Shown in pieces: positions 37,797 to 51,455 of a stretch of DNA of 64,000 bases. The DNA comes from Podarcis gaigeae (taxonomy: Eukaryota). The stretch is from assembly GCA_964106915.2 (NCBI GenBank), contig OZ066921.1. One strand, written 5' to 3'. The first letter of the stretch is position 1. Each line of letters starts with the position of its first letter. A program made the translations under genes and the position numbers. The notes under the pieces are model-generated. The model had not been told where the DNA came from and made no database searches. It saw only the letters and a program-made list of their open reading frames with translations.

Positions 37797-40746
37797 GTAA
37801 TGTGCATTAAATATATGGTGCAATAGATTCTAGTTCAAAGAAGCTGTGCACATAAAAAGGTGAACAGTAATGTGTGTGTGTGTATCTATATCTATATCTA
37901 TAGCTAAAAGGTAAGTGACCCCTGGACAGTTAGATCCAGTCAAAGGCGACTATGGTCATCTTGCTTCAGGCTGCGGGAGCTGGCTTTTGTCCGCAGACAG
38001 TCTCCTCACACCTGGCCTATACTGACCGGCAGCGACTCTCCAGATTTTAGGCAGGGTCTCTCTCAGTCCTGCCTGGAGATGCCCTTCTGCATGCAAACCA
38101 TGTGTTTTACGAAGGAGCTACAGCCATTCTCATGTGAGTTCAATGGAGTTTCCTCCAAAATAAGTGTGCACAGGATCGCAGACTTACATTGTAGTCCCAT
38201 GCATATTTGTTCAGAAGCAAGTTCAAACACATTCGATAATGCTTACTCCCTAGTATGTTTATAATTGAAACTATACATTGCATTTCTAAATATCTTTACT
38301 CAGAAGTAAGTACTGATTTTAGTGGGGTTTATACTCTCAGACTTAGGAATGGAGCTTTAGCCACTGTGCTACCTCAACTGCTGCATCACACAAAAGTGAA
38401 TTACATTCTGGTTACAACAAACAAATCAAAATCAGTTTCATTCACCAGTTATGTTAATCTAGTTTAAAACATAAATAATAATAATAATAGATCATAAGCT
38501 ACAAGTAATGCATCATCTGCTATTCACATTCAACCTTTTCAACAGGCAATCTTCCTCATACTGCCTGCATTTGCTTAACTCAGTACATGCATAAGGCATT
38601 TATCTTGATTTTTAATAGCGATTTCTTAGGAGACAAACAGGTAGCAACCTGAGTTTCCTCAGACTGGCAATAGCAGGTCTTCCTGTTCCTCTTGTCTGCA
38701 ACAACTATTGCACTACTAATAACATCAGTTGTAGCTTCAAGGATTTATTCCACCTGCTCATTCTCCTCCCAGTGTGGTATGCTACCACCTGCCAAGAGTG
38801 TCTGTCTGCTGTCTACCTAGAAGAAGACACTTCAGATTAAATGGGCATAAATCTGATATGAAAAATGGCACCATCCAAACACCCGTGGGAGAACATTTCA
38901 GTCTCCCAGGATACTTCAGCAGCTGAAAGTCAAAGTAACAATACTTCAACAAAAGCACTTTGAAAGGAAATTTATTCCAACAGAACTCACATTAATCAGC
39001 AAATTTCTTCCATTCAGTTTGGACTTAATCAGAACTCTGGGTTTCTTTTCCACCGCGTGTATTAAATTAATATAGCATAGCTAGAAATATAACTCCTGTT
39101 GAGAATGGGTCAGTTTGCTCTTATATACATTTGAAGTCTGCACAGAAATGGCATTGACCTACTATTGCCCCCTACATATCATATCTCTGGGATTCCTGCC
39201 CCCAAGATGACCATGGGCACCACTGCACCCTCAGACACCCCCTTGACATTCACCAAAACTCGCTGCCCTCCTCAATTGTTTTTAATCAAGGTTTTTTCTT
39301 AACCTTGGGTAGGGGTTGTTTAATGAGAGTGATGCCTGAGGTTTGTTTCTTTATTGGCTTTTGTGGGTTGTTGCCAACTTTTTTGTCTGTTTTATTTGTT
39401 TTGGGGTGGGTACAGTTGTTTTGCCCTTTTACAGTGGGGTTCCTCTGTGCACCACCAGTTTTTCTTTTGTGAAATGGGTATTTTGTGGTGTTCACAACAG
39501 GTTTTTTAGAGTTCCAAATATATCCTCAAGCCCAAAAAGGCTGGTGGGGCTGTCATAACCTTTTCTTTCTACTTTTTATAAACACACAACTTGCTGTATC
39601 ATTTCCATGTGTCATGTTGAGGGCCACACTCCATGGATGAGAAACAACACCTTCAGGGACAGACAGAAGCCAGAAGAGGGGCAGGAAACTGCCATAAGAT
39701 GTGCTTTGGATTGGCGCCCCATTGCCAAGTAAATAAATAAACTAAAAGTAACCAATTTAATCAGGCTTTCATAAAAGAATGAACAGAGCTACCCATAGCT
39801 CCATAATGTCCATAACCTGTCATTCCACAGGACTCATGAAGTACACACTTCCCCAGGGCAATTACAATGCACATCTCATATTGCAGCAAAGCCCTTGTAA
39901 GCTCTATAAAGTTTCAAAAGTGAGGCTACCTACATCTGTGTGAGCATGACAAGTAAACTGGCACTGAGCCAAATCCAGGCAATCACTATTTTGTGGGTGA
40001 GATTCAATAACATACTGGCAAATTCAGGTTGCACAGTTAAAATGGATTTCACACTCTTGGGCAACAAACCCACTTTCAAATATCAAGCTTTTTGTGGTAA
40101 AGAAAGGGACATATGATTGCACTTGAAAAGGCGGTGTAACTTGACCCACCCACATACAAACAAATGCTTAATACACAGTAGATGCCGTATAAACTTCCTG
40201 CAAATTCTTGTCCAAAATGAGACAGGATGAATTATCAAAAAACAGGTTGTCTGGAAGATGATGGTCACACAGGGCATTAGGTTAATGGGGCCTACCCAAC
40301 CCATTAATCTTCATAGGACCAACCCACTTGGAAGGCTTCATAAAAACACAGTTTCTTGGCCAGAAATCACTAGAAAGAAGAAATATATGTAGTGCAAAGT
40401 AATGGGTAATTGACGCAAAGAGTTACCTTGTGTCAAGCAGCAAAGGCGTGTGAGCCCCTCCTCCCATGAGATTTAGGATTTCAGTGTTTGGTGATGTAAA
40501 CTGGGAGGGGGAGGTTGCCAGGGTAACAGAAGGTGTGATGTCACCACAGGCAAAACGGTGTCCTTTTAAAACAGAGGTTTGGAGCAAGTGAGGAGAACTC
40601 CATGTGGAGCTCACTGTGAGAGGTTGCACACAGAGGCCAAGGAGCATGGCTGGTATTCACTGTGGACCCAAGCTTGCTGAAGCTATGAGGGGAGCAACAA
40701 GAGACACACTTGGGGTGTAATGCTCTGTACGCCATTAAAACCTCAG

Positions 40747-40849
40747 TCGAAACAAAATTAAAAAATTCCTTCTAGTAGCACCTTAGAGACCAACTAAGTT
40801 TGTTATTAGCATGAGCTTTCGTGCACATGCACACTTCTTCAGATACATA
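40747..40849 (-). mobile_element. Short solo Penelope 3'-end insertion
   Basis: Same family as 18170 and 29000; imperfect TSD AAAACCT(C/A)AG at 40737-40746 and 40850-40859. Confidence 0.75.
40809..40846 (-). ncRNA. Minimal type I hammerhead ribozyme motif (family B), diverged solo copy
   Basis: GUAU-CUGAAGA-A-GUGUG(CAUG)UGCAC-GAAA-GCUC-AUGC; the substitutions give G-U pairs in stems I and II. Confidence 0.7.
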
Positions 40850-41223
40850 AAAACCTAAGGTGTAAATATGTATAAATAAACCTTTTTTAAAAAAGAAACT
40901 ACAGTCTCTGTCATGCAGCATTCCAAAGGAACAAAAACCCTGGTTAAGTGCCAAGAAACCTGGAATCTTGTGCACTTCTCAGCAGAAATTAGGGTGGCCA
41001 GTAACAATATAATCAATTATTTTACTTGCAAAACAATAATTAGTCATGTCGGAAAATTCCCTCTTCATCCTTCACCACCACCGCTCTTTTGTGCCATTTT
41101 GGCTTTTAGATTGTAAACTTGCAGGCAAATCTTGTTTAAGCCACTCTGGGGACCTTTAAAGTGTGTTAGAAAAATCAGGGGGTTGCTAAGCTGTGGCACT
41201 CCAAATCCCATCAGGCTGTAGAC

Positions 41224-41402
41224 CAGGGGTTGTCAACCTGGTCCCTATCACCCACTAGTGGGCATTTTAGGATTCTAGGTAGGGGGTTCTATGGTACAAG
41301 CTGAATCCTTCTTCCATCAAGCACTGGCGGGCGGTAAGGAAATTTTACCATCAGGAAAGATGCACAAGAGGGCAGTAGGTATAAAAAGGTTGACTACCCC
41401 TA
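41224..41402. mobile_element. hAT MITE
   Basis: CAGGGGTTGTCAACCT ... AGGTTGACTACCCCTA; 8-bp TSD CTGTAGAC. Confidence 0.85.
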
Positions 41403-43010
41403 CTGTAGACTCTGTAGCAGTATGTGATCAGACAAAGTTGCCCTCCTGACACCACTGTTGGTGCTACTTGCCTAGATGGGGCTGCGATGGGGCACTGGCA
41501 AGGTCAAAGGCCACACAGTTACACCAAGGAGACCCCCCTCTGCCAATCTAGTGCTGGTGCCAGTGCAACCATGTGACTCCCAACCCCAGCAGCCTGCCCC
41601 ACCCATATAAACAGCAATCCTGGTGATGTCAGGAGTTCAGCTCTGCCCCACCAGGTACACCAATAGTGGTTGCAATCCACAAACATTAACACAGATTAGC
41701 AACCTGTGAAATAAATGAAGGGTAGTGCAATTTTATACAGTTAACTCAGGCAAAGGACTGATAGCCCTCCATACACAGCAGGATTAGGACACAATATCTT
41801 AAACAAGTAATCATATCTTACCTACTTCCGTAGAATGAGATTTACTGATGTTATTCGCATTTTTACTAGCATTCTGTTTCCCTTACTAAATAGATTTTCA
41901 AACGAAGCTAAAGAACCTATAAAAACAAATAACATATTTTAAAACCACTCAGTAGTCTGGGGGGAAAAGCAACTTCAAAGCTGTTTTTGCGTACATGTAG
42001 TTTTTTGTGATGAACCTATTTAGTCAGTTTTTACAGAACTATTCTTTCCCCCAGATGTCAAGGGACATGCTGCAAATCGAGAACACGTATGCAGAGAGCA
42101 TGCATATCCTATGATGTAACACTGGTGAATGCTCCTACTGTGCATACTTGATTGGACCTGCCATCCGTCTACTGCAGCATTCATGTTCCACTCTTGCCAA
42201 TGCCAGATGGTGCAGGAGACAGTTCTGTAAGAGAGCACTGTTATATCTTTGGGCACCTCTAGAATGATTGTATTCTGCACCATGCCATTTACACAAAAGC
42301 AGTGCATTAGTAGTGGATCTATACTGCACCACCCACCCGTCATTCCATCTTATTAGTTGTTCTGTGATGCTTCTGCAATGTTAATGCATTGTTGCTATCT
42401 GAAGCAGTGCTCCTGTAGCCATAGTGCAACAGAAGCAGGAACATTTGTGCTGTGAAAAGTTACAAGGTTTTAGCAGGAAGGCAGTTATGCACTTGTCGCA
42501 AATGAAACAGTATGACCACCTTGAAATGTTTGCAGGCAGAAATAATATTGAAAGCATGATCACGCATAACTGCCCCATAACATCAAGGGTAGTCATTGGA
42601 CAGGAGTAGGAGGGTATAATCATAATCAATTATACCAGAGGTTGCCATTCGCATGCCTTCATTGGCACCCCCAGCAGGGGCCTCAGACTCTTAACCTTAC
42701 ATTTTATTATATTTTTAAAGTAAGTCTCTAGTCTTCCTAGGAAAGGAGTTACAAAGCAAAATGTGCAGGTACCTTTCCAAGCAATTTCTGTGACATTAGA
42801 CAGCCCAGCTGCTCCCACCTATCAATGTTTTCAGAAAATGTCAACCTATTGACTTGTTTTTCATTTTCCTGTATAGTTAACAAATGCTATATTATTTTCC
42901 AAAGTTTTATTATCTGCCAACAGAGATCTGCTGCATCCTAAGTTGCTCATCCTGGTGGATTTTTTCATAGGTGTGCCCCCAAAGCCAATTATTGGCACCA
43001 TGCCATCAAC

Positions 43011-43162
43011 CATAGCATCATAGAATAGTGCAGTTGGAAGGGACTATGAGGATCATCTAGTCCAATCTTCTGCAATGCAGGAATATGCAGCTGTCTCAAA
43101 TGGGGATCAAACCTGCAACCTTGGTGTTATCAAAACAATGCTCCAACTAACTAAGCTATCCA
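43011..43162 (-). mobile_element. tRNA(Ile)-derived SINE with CR1-type 3' tail
   Basis: Reverse strand reads GATAGCTTAGTTAGTTGGAGC...GATAACACCAAGGTTGCAGGTTTGATCCCC then GGACTAGATGATCC...CCCTTCCAAC...ATTCTATGAT. Confidence 0.75.
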
Positions 43163-46100
43163 GGCCTCTATGTAGGGCATATTACAGAGTTTCACAGAAA
43201 GAGACAGGTGTCTGCCCTCAAGAAGCTTACAGTCTGAAAGACAAATCAAACAAGGGTAATGGACATATATTATTGCTTTCAGAAGACAGATTATATAATT
43301 ATGTGTTCATATATTTAGTAATTAGATATGTTCCTTAGTTTAATTATCAGTAACTTCAACTCTGGTACAGTTTGGAAAAGTGTGTGAGAACAGTACAACC
43401 TTGTAAAAGGTTGAAGGCAGTTTTGAACAGAAAGTTTAAATGAATTCTAATGTAATTTAAAGGAAAGACCATAAACACAGGGAATAATGTCCCTATGAGA
43501 AATGTGATTATCCTGATAGAAAGTGCAGAAGCAACCACTGAAGTTCAATTGTAAGTTGGCAACTTCATTATTGTTGAGCTTGAGACTGGGAAACATAAAA
43601 TAAAATTTGTTGGCCAGGTGATGCAATATTTTATTCATTAGTATGATTTTTTTTTTAAAGCAGGACTTCTGTGACATTCGTCTTCCCTGCAAATGATAAA
43701 TCATTAGGGTGTTGCCACAGTTAAGTAAAAATCCCCATGGGCATTACAACCTTCTGTATGGACTTAATGCCAACCTGCAACTTATGAATGAATAGTAAAG
43801 TGTAGTATGCTCAGGACCTTGCTTTGGAGGCATATATTTGTGCATGTCTGTCAACGAATTGACACATATTACAACGATCATGTTAGATTGGTCACAGCTC
43901 ATTTGCCAGAAACTTTCCCCCCAGTTTATTACCATAAATTTGACAATTGCTCATGATACACAAGCTGCTTATGGCCACAGATGAGGGAAATGATTTATAC
44001 TTTTAGAGAAAACATTTATTCAGGTTACAAATTCTTGAGGTTGCAAAACTGTTACATTAGACATGTATTTTGAAACACACTGCGGGGAGGAAGTATTCCA
44101 TCTTACTGTGGTATATTTCTTGATTATTTTTGTGGGGAAGATCAATCCAGTTAACAAACAAATTGTTCAGTGTTAAATGGAGTTCAAATAATACCAGCTA
44201 AAAAACAAAATATGTAAAGAAACTTACAAATGCTGCATTGGTCACTATGGAATTATCCTGAAGTCAGAGCTGTAACTGGTAAGTGAGTTGTTTGGGCACT
44301 AGGCAGTGGGAATCCCATTCTCTCAAATCCAATAATGCTTTAAGGTCTGAGACATGGTGGGTGGGTGGGGTGGAATCAAAGATTGATTGAACACAACCCT
44401 GCAAAGTGTTATGCCTGTTAGATAATGCACCATGTGTCGTTCCATTAACTTCAGCAGATGTTCTCCACAAGCAGAAAAATTTGTAGCTAGAGCTTTGTTG
44501 GGCCTTTCTGCAAACCCTACACCTACAAACTCATTCAGATCAACTGCTGAGTAAACATGCATAGAATTCAACTGTTTGTTATTTGGAGAACTGGAAAGAC
44601 ATAACAGTTACAAGCATAATAAGATGAAGTGGCTTTCAGAAAAGAAAAAACCTCATTCAGAAAGAGTTATGAGGGGAGAGCTGTGTTTTGCTTAACACAT
44701 GACAAGAATAATAAAATCTGTGCAGCATTGTACTGCAAGATTTGAATCAACAGAACCTTCACTGTTCAGAATTTCAATTGTATGGTCTCAAAGGAAGCAT
44801 TCAGAGAGAAGTTAGGGAGATGGGGTGAGCGGAAACAGAGTAATAGGTTCGGCTTCAGTCCCCTGGCCTAATTAAGAATATCAGGATGCCAATGTTTACA
44901 TAAAGGTGGATGGGAATTTTTAAAAATAAAAATAAGCACAAACTACCTTGATTTTGGCACCTCTTATATCTTTTAATAATGCTGTTTGGTGGTGGCATTT
45001 TGTTGTGGGTAGATGCAAGTTTGGTCTGACAAGCCGTAACTGGGACTTCTCTTCACGTGATTGAGGGAAGTCTTATGTAACAGAGTGCCTGGGCACAATG
45101 CCAGTCCACACATAAAAACATTGGCAAGTTTCTAGAGTCGAGAAACTACTACAGGCTTCTCAGACATCAGCATAGCAAAAAGATGAGCCCAAGACGTAGC
45201 AACTGGGAGTTCTGTTTTTCAGATTTGAAGCACACAGTGTGAGATAAATGAAATCTGTGGAAGGAAATGTGACACTCATAAAATTGTAAAACAGTGCCAA
45301 AGCTCACAGAAACCAAAAAATAAATATCTTCCTGATACTCTGCTACCAATGTACCTCACTCAGGTCTCACACTTGTATGAGGTGGCCTCTTCTCAGATCA
45401 CAACATTGCTTTTCATCTCGTTGGCATCCAGCACAAGCTCTCTGTCTTTGCCTTTGAATTATTGCCTGTGCATAAATGACTTCTTGAAAATCTCCATTCT
45501 AGGAATAGCTAACCTCCAGTTTGGGGGCCTGATCTGGCTCACCCCAAAAATATTTTTTCTGCCCATCTCCTGGCAATTTGCATGATGCTGTGGTTGTCCA
45601 AATAAGTGAGCCGTGCTGTTCTTCCCAGTTTGTGGGCAAGGAAACAGTGTGGTGGGTGGGGACCATTTCACTGAGCTCTTGAGAGTAGGATAATCTCCAA
45701 CAGTTTCTCAAGGATAGGACTCACCATTAGCAGTGACAACAGTTTACTGGTTTTGGGGTTGCTGTTTTTTTACTACAGTTACAACTCTTTTAGCAGCAGG
45801 GCTACCATTTTGCATCCTTTGCAATTCCCCAGATCTAGCACTGTGGGGGAGAGGCAAGGAATAGTGGCCACTGCAGGGATGGATGGATGGTGGCAGAGAA
45901 TATTATGTGCACACAGAAAATAGCAAGCATTCAATGACATGACAAAAAGAGAACCAATCTCAAGAAGCTTAAGAAAGACTATTGCGTTAAAAAAATAATC
46001 ATGCTCATTATTAGAAGAAAACGATGGTGGCATGCCCCTGAACACCAGCTGCCGAGAAACACAGGTAAGCAAAAGGTTGTTGCAGCAGGCATCAAAAAGC

Positions 46101-46227
46101 TTGATGGTTTCCAACAGGCATCTACTTGGCCACTGTGAGGAGGGTAGACTAGATGGGCCATTGACCCGATGCAGCAGAGCCCTTCTTATGTTCTTAAAAT
46201 TGTTCAAGGTGGCCTTATTTTTCTAGG

Positions 46228-46578
46228 TAAAGGTAAAGGGACCCCTGACCATTAGGTCCAGTCGTGGCCGACTCTGGGGTTGCGGCGCTCATCTCGCTTT
46301 ACTGGCCGAGGGAGCCAGCGTACAGCTTCCGGGTCATGTGGCCAGCATGACTAAGCCGCTTCTGGCGAACCAGAACAGCACACAGAAACGCTGTTTACCT
46401 TCCCGCCGGAGCGGTACCTATTTATCTACTTGCACTTTGACGTGCTTTTGAACTGCTAGGTTGGCAGGAGCAGGGACCGAGCAACGGGAGCTCACCCCGT
46501 CGCGGGGATTCGAACCACCAACCTTCTGATCGGCAAGTCCTAGGCTCAGTGGTTTAACCCACAGCGCAACCCATGTCC
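46228..46578 (-). mobile_element. Sauria SINE (second subfamily)
   Basis: Reverse-strand head and (AAAGGT)n tail; TTTTTCTAGG on both flanks. Confidence 0.88.
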
Positions 46579-49500
46579 TTTTTTCTAGGATGTGTGAAAA
46601 AGAAGACTTCTCAGAAAATATCTGTGAAATTCCAACCCTAACACTGCTCCTCCCCACCCCAACCAAAAAGAAAACCATGAATGTCTTACAGTAAGGAATG
46701 TGATAGGAACTGTGCATAGCTTGTGCCTGCAAGGAGGCAGTGATGGCCATCAACTTGGCCAAGAGAATTGGACAAATGGAGGATATGGCTATGCTCTGCT
46801 TCCACAGAGGTCGAAACAGCTCTGGATACTAGTCTTGGGAAGCCACAGGAGGGGAGAATGCACCTGCTTTCTAATTTCCCACAGGCATCTGGTTGGACAC
46901 TGTGAGTAACACTATGCTGGACTATACAAACCATTGGTCTGACCCAGCAGATTCTTATGTTCTTAAGAAAATGCAATGGAAAGTGTTGGACAACAATTGC
47001 TTGGCACAGCAATGTCTCCCCATAAATAAATGGGGATTGTTGCTCAATAAATAGGTTGTCTAGACGTTACCTAGGTCAAACTGATCTCTCCAAGTTTAAC
47101 TTTTCTCAGAGGGTTGTCGCGCTGATAAAATGAGATAACTTGACACACCCAGAGCCATTTAAAGGGAAAAGTGAGGCAAAAACAGAATACATTAAACAGC
47201 TATCCCTAGGTAAATGTTTTGTGACAATTCCATTCTTTTTAAAAATCTTTACCTAGCTTTTCTCGTGATCAGTGCATTAAGAGATTACTGCAGATCTTGT
47301 AAATTGGGTGCCAATATATATGAAACACCAAAGTGGTTGGATGTTACAAGCCCAGACAAGCATCTCCTTAGCATCACGAAGATTCATTTCACTGGCTTTC
47401 TTGAAAGCTTCCCTTTAATTCTGAAAATTAGTAAGCAACAAAAACTTAAATACCTTTCTCCGAGGCTTGACGATGCTTAGGGCCAATGTCAGCCAAGAGG
47501 AAGGTTTAATGGGTTTCTTTTTACTCACGCTACTAGTAATGACAGCAAGGTCTCTAAGGAAATGATTTGAAAAATCACGAGACTGCTGCAGCTAGCAGGA
47601 GTGGTCAGCAGGCTAGCTTAAGGAGTGTAGGAGAGGGCAAGTGACACACATAGCCTTGTACTCCGTGTCACTGCCACACCTCAGCATCTCGAGCCTGAGG
47701 GAGTGGCTTCACTTTGCCCAGTGGTAGTGCCAGGCTACCAAAGAATAGCAATACTGTTGCATGCCACACCAGTCTCCAAGCCATGCAAGATTCAGGGCTT
47801 CCAGGTGCTTGCCCAGGGTTCAGTTTCCTTGGAATGAGGGACAGCGGAGACTGTGGCATCTTTAGGATACAGTATATGGTTTATTTACACCTGAGCCTAC
47901 AATGGAGAGGCTCACAGCAGTAACACACTAAGAGCGTCTGGCTTCTCTCATAGCCACAGCCTTGGATTCCAACAGAAATCAGGCATGGCTCTGTCTCCTA
48001 GCCTACAGCCCACCCATTTGGTATCTAGCACAGAGCTACTTCCTTTGTTACCTTAATGGCCTGTACTTAGAAGACCATTACCTAACCAGAAAGCTAGCCT
48101 GACTATTCCAGAAATTGAATCCGTGCTACATGAATTAGAAGGATACATGAATTAGAAGGGGGCTCAGGCATACAGCCTACCCCTCCAACTCACATCAATA
48201 CATTTTTGACTCAAAAGCACTTGCTGGTATTCATTTTGCATTTCTCTGCCTGAATTGGGAAGTTAGGGGAAGGGCACTTTCCCCATGTTGTTGGATATTA
48301 ACCTGTTAGATCTTATCTGGAGGCTGATGGTCATCCTGTCAGAATCCATGCCTGCTAAGAACAGAAGTGCCAGGGGATTAGTGGGAACATGGTGGTCACA
48401 AGATGAAGCAAGGTAAATTCTAGGTATACTTTGTCAACTCCAGCCCTTCCTAGCTCTGAGGTTCCTCCTTCCCAGATTACTCAGAGAAGCTGGAAGGGAG
48501 ACAACGGTTGGTCTCCCCCCCCCCCCCCATGTCTTATGATCATGTTGTACCTTCTATTAACATTTATAGAAGTTACCGATGTACATCAAAGGGAAACAAA
48601 CTCCTTTCATCTTTCAGACAGGCCCAAACACACATCGGCACATTCAAAGACATACCAATGCCTACTAGAATTATAGCCAGAGGGCATCACCCCACCAAAT
48701 CCATCTTCGTGTGAGCTCAGTAAAGGGAAAGCTAACCCAGTTTGTTGGCCTTATGAGACGATAGGAGACCTATAAGCACCTGAAGTTTTGGGGTGGGACA
48801 AGTTGTTGTTTTTTAAGTGAAACTGCATGTTCGAGTGCCAAATATCCAATTTCATAGTTCTTCAAAATGCCTAATTTCAAGGGTGGAGGCACTTAGGCTC
48901 TCACATATGTCAGTCTCTGACGTGATGTACCTGCACCACTCACTCCTGTCTCCTCTGAGCAATACTGGGTGCTTGCAGGTCCCTCCATGCTGGCGTTTTT
49001 TTGGCAACAGTTTCCTGACACAATAACCATCCATTGATGGAAGATTCATTCTGCGAATGTATTATTACTGTCCAGGCAGGCTTTAGCACTAAAAAGCAGG
49101 ACAAAAAAAGAAATAAAACTACAGAAATTATGGAATAATTAAGAAATTATGGCATGTCAGCAGGAAGCTACAGGGCATTGTGCACTGACTGTAAGTGCAA
49201 TAGTATGACTGCCCCAAAACTGTCGCAGGCACAAAAAATAATGAAAGGAGGATCACATACAGCTGCCCCAAGAGCATCATGACCAAGAATCACCATGAAT
49301 GTGGGGCTCCTCCCACCCCAGTGTGTTTTTGACATTGATATAATCAACAGTTGTGATCTGTTCATGCTGGCTATTGTGTCAAAGGCACACACAGACATGC
49401 ATACACACCACCTTGGGGCGTAATGACACCTCTGGAGCAAGCTCAAATCTTGCTTTTACAGATGTAAACAGCACTAAGCAGGTAGTAATAATCTGGCCAG

Positions 49501-50937
49501 GGGGCTACTTGCTAGTGTTGGTTTGGGTCTTATTTGAAGAAGATGGGTTAGAAATGTAATAAATAAAATAGTTCTCCTTTTTTCTTTTCCCTTTGACTGC
49601 CTAGGACTACTGAGCATGCTCAGTCCTCATGGGCTTTTGGTTAAGGGAATTGCCCCTTTCAGAGTTGTGGTTTTAAATTACTTATATAGGCTTCAGATTT
49701 CCCTCAAGGATACTAAGGACGAATACTGCCCTCTCCTTTTGTAGGGATTCTGCTTTAGCTTCAGGCCTGTCAGCACTCAGCACCTAAGCTGACGCAGGTT
49801 TGCAGTCGATACTCAAATGAAGAGCTAAGAAATCATTGGTTCATTGGTTTGGGGCTGACTCTGAGCACATGTCTGGATCCACTAGGAGCCAGGCTTCAAG
49901 GGAGCATGTCTCTGGGTCCCAGGAAGGGCTGTCTGTCCAATCCAGTGGGGCTAGAAGCGAGCTGTCATGAAATCCCAGTTAGCTCCCCAAAGTGGCAACC
50001 AAGCATCAGGAGGCCTAGAATAAAAAGAGAATACTTGATGTTTGTGATTTCAAATGTTCAAAGCAATGCGCACATACATAATCTGGTCATAAATTGAGGT
50101 GGGAAATGCAGTCTTCAGCCTAATTTCATGCAGCGGGGAGCCTGGAGGGAGAGAAGGAGGGCATGGGAAAATGGAGAAAAGCCAATTCTGTAAAACAAGA
50201 AAATCCTTAATAAAAAATATTAATAAAAAAAAAACAGATTGGCTGAAGCAGAAAGAAGAGGGAAGCACCCTGAGCACCCTGCAAGCAATCAGGCCTGGCA
50301 AGAGGTATCTGTCCCTCTTCTGGCAGCTCATGGAGTGGAAAAGATGAGGGAGATGTGGTAGAAAGAGAGTGAGAAGGGGTGTCAGAAAGAAAGGATGGGA
50401 GAGTAGGAGAAAGGGAAATGGGGGAGAAAGGGAAGCCAGTTTGCATCCCCCCAAAAATGTATATAACAGTGTATACATCAGGGAGAAGTGTGCATATAAA
50501 TGCATATAGTAGTGGAAATAACACAAAAATGTATTAGAAAAAGAATTCCTCACATAAATTTGTGCAGTAGTCAAAATTGCATACAAAAATGTTCATATTA
50601 AGCGCAATGTGTACTAAGATGCTGGTTTATTTTCATGAAGAGTTTTACCAAATGCAAACTGATGCAGAAATGCGGAGAACAGGACTTAAGGCTGGGAAAG
50701 TGAGAAACTTAAGAGAAGTCCAAATTTACAGATTCATCTATCCCTGTTAAAAAAACTGAATTACCACAAGCTAATTGCCCTACATAACAGTGTTGCCTTT
50801 ACTGGCAGTACCCAAGGTAGATGAGTCAGCAACTGGGATTGGTTATATAAATCTGAACATCAATCAGAAAATAATTTATTGGTGATATTGGAGTGAGGAT
50901 GTGCCAATGATGCCTGCTTGTTTATTAGTTTGTAGAG

Positions 50938-50939
<2 letters not shown>

Positions 50940-50991
<52 letters not shown>
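50940..50991. repeat. (TA)n microsatellite
   Basis: Direct reading. Confidence 0.95.
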
Positions 50992-50993
<2 letters not shown>

Positions 50994-51102
50994 TAGGCAT
51001 GAGATCTGATGAATTCATGGAAACTGGCTATTCATAATATGAGAAATATCTCACAGAAAATTTCCCTTAACAGTGTATGCAGTGTTCTGCAGAAATAGTA
51101 AA

Positions 51103-51455
51103 GGTAAAGGCAAAGGGACCCCTGACCATTAGGTCCAGTCGTGACTGACTCTGGGTTTGCGGCGCTCATCTCGCTTTACTGGCTGAGGGAGCTGGCGTAC
51201 AGCTTCCGGGTCACGTGGCTAGCATGACTAAGCCGCTTCTGGCGAACCAGAGCAGAACACGGAAACGCCGTTTACATACCCACTGGAATGGTACCTATTT
51301 ATCTACTTGCACTTTGACGTGCTTTCGAACTGCTAGGTTGGCAGGAGCTGGGACTGAGCAATGGGAGCTCACCCCGTCGTGGGGATTTGAACTGCTGACC
51401 TTCTGATCGGCAAGTCCTAGGCTCTGTGGTTTAACCCACAGCGCCACCCACGTCC
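51103..51455 (-). mobile_element. Sauria SINE (second subfamily)
   Basis: Similar to 46228; TSD CTGCAGAAATAGTAAA at 51087-51102 and 51456-51471. Confidence 0.88.

Noticed and set aside
43090-43162. tRNA-Ile gene
   Set aside because: Degenerate stems, fused to a CR1-type tail, so it is a SINE head; the same applies to the tRNA-like heads at 2683, 20732 and 52138.
47665-48400. Possible solo LTR (TG...CA ends, minus-strand AATAAA)
   Set aside because: No target-site duplication or second copy found, so it cannot be supported.
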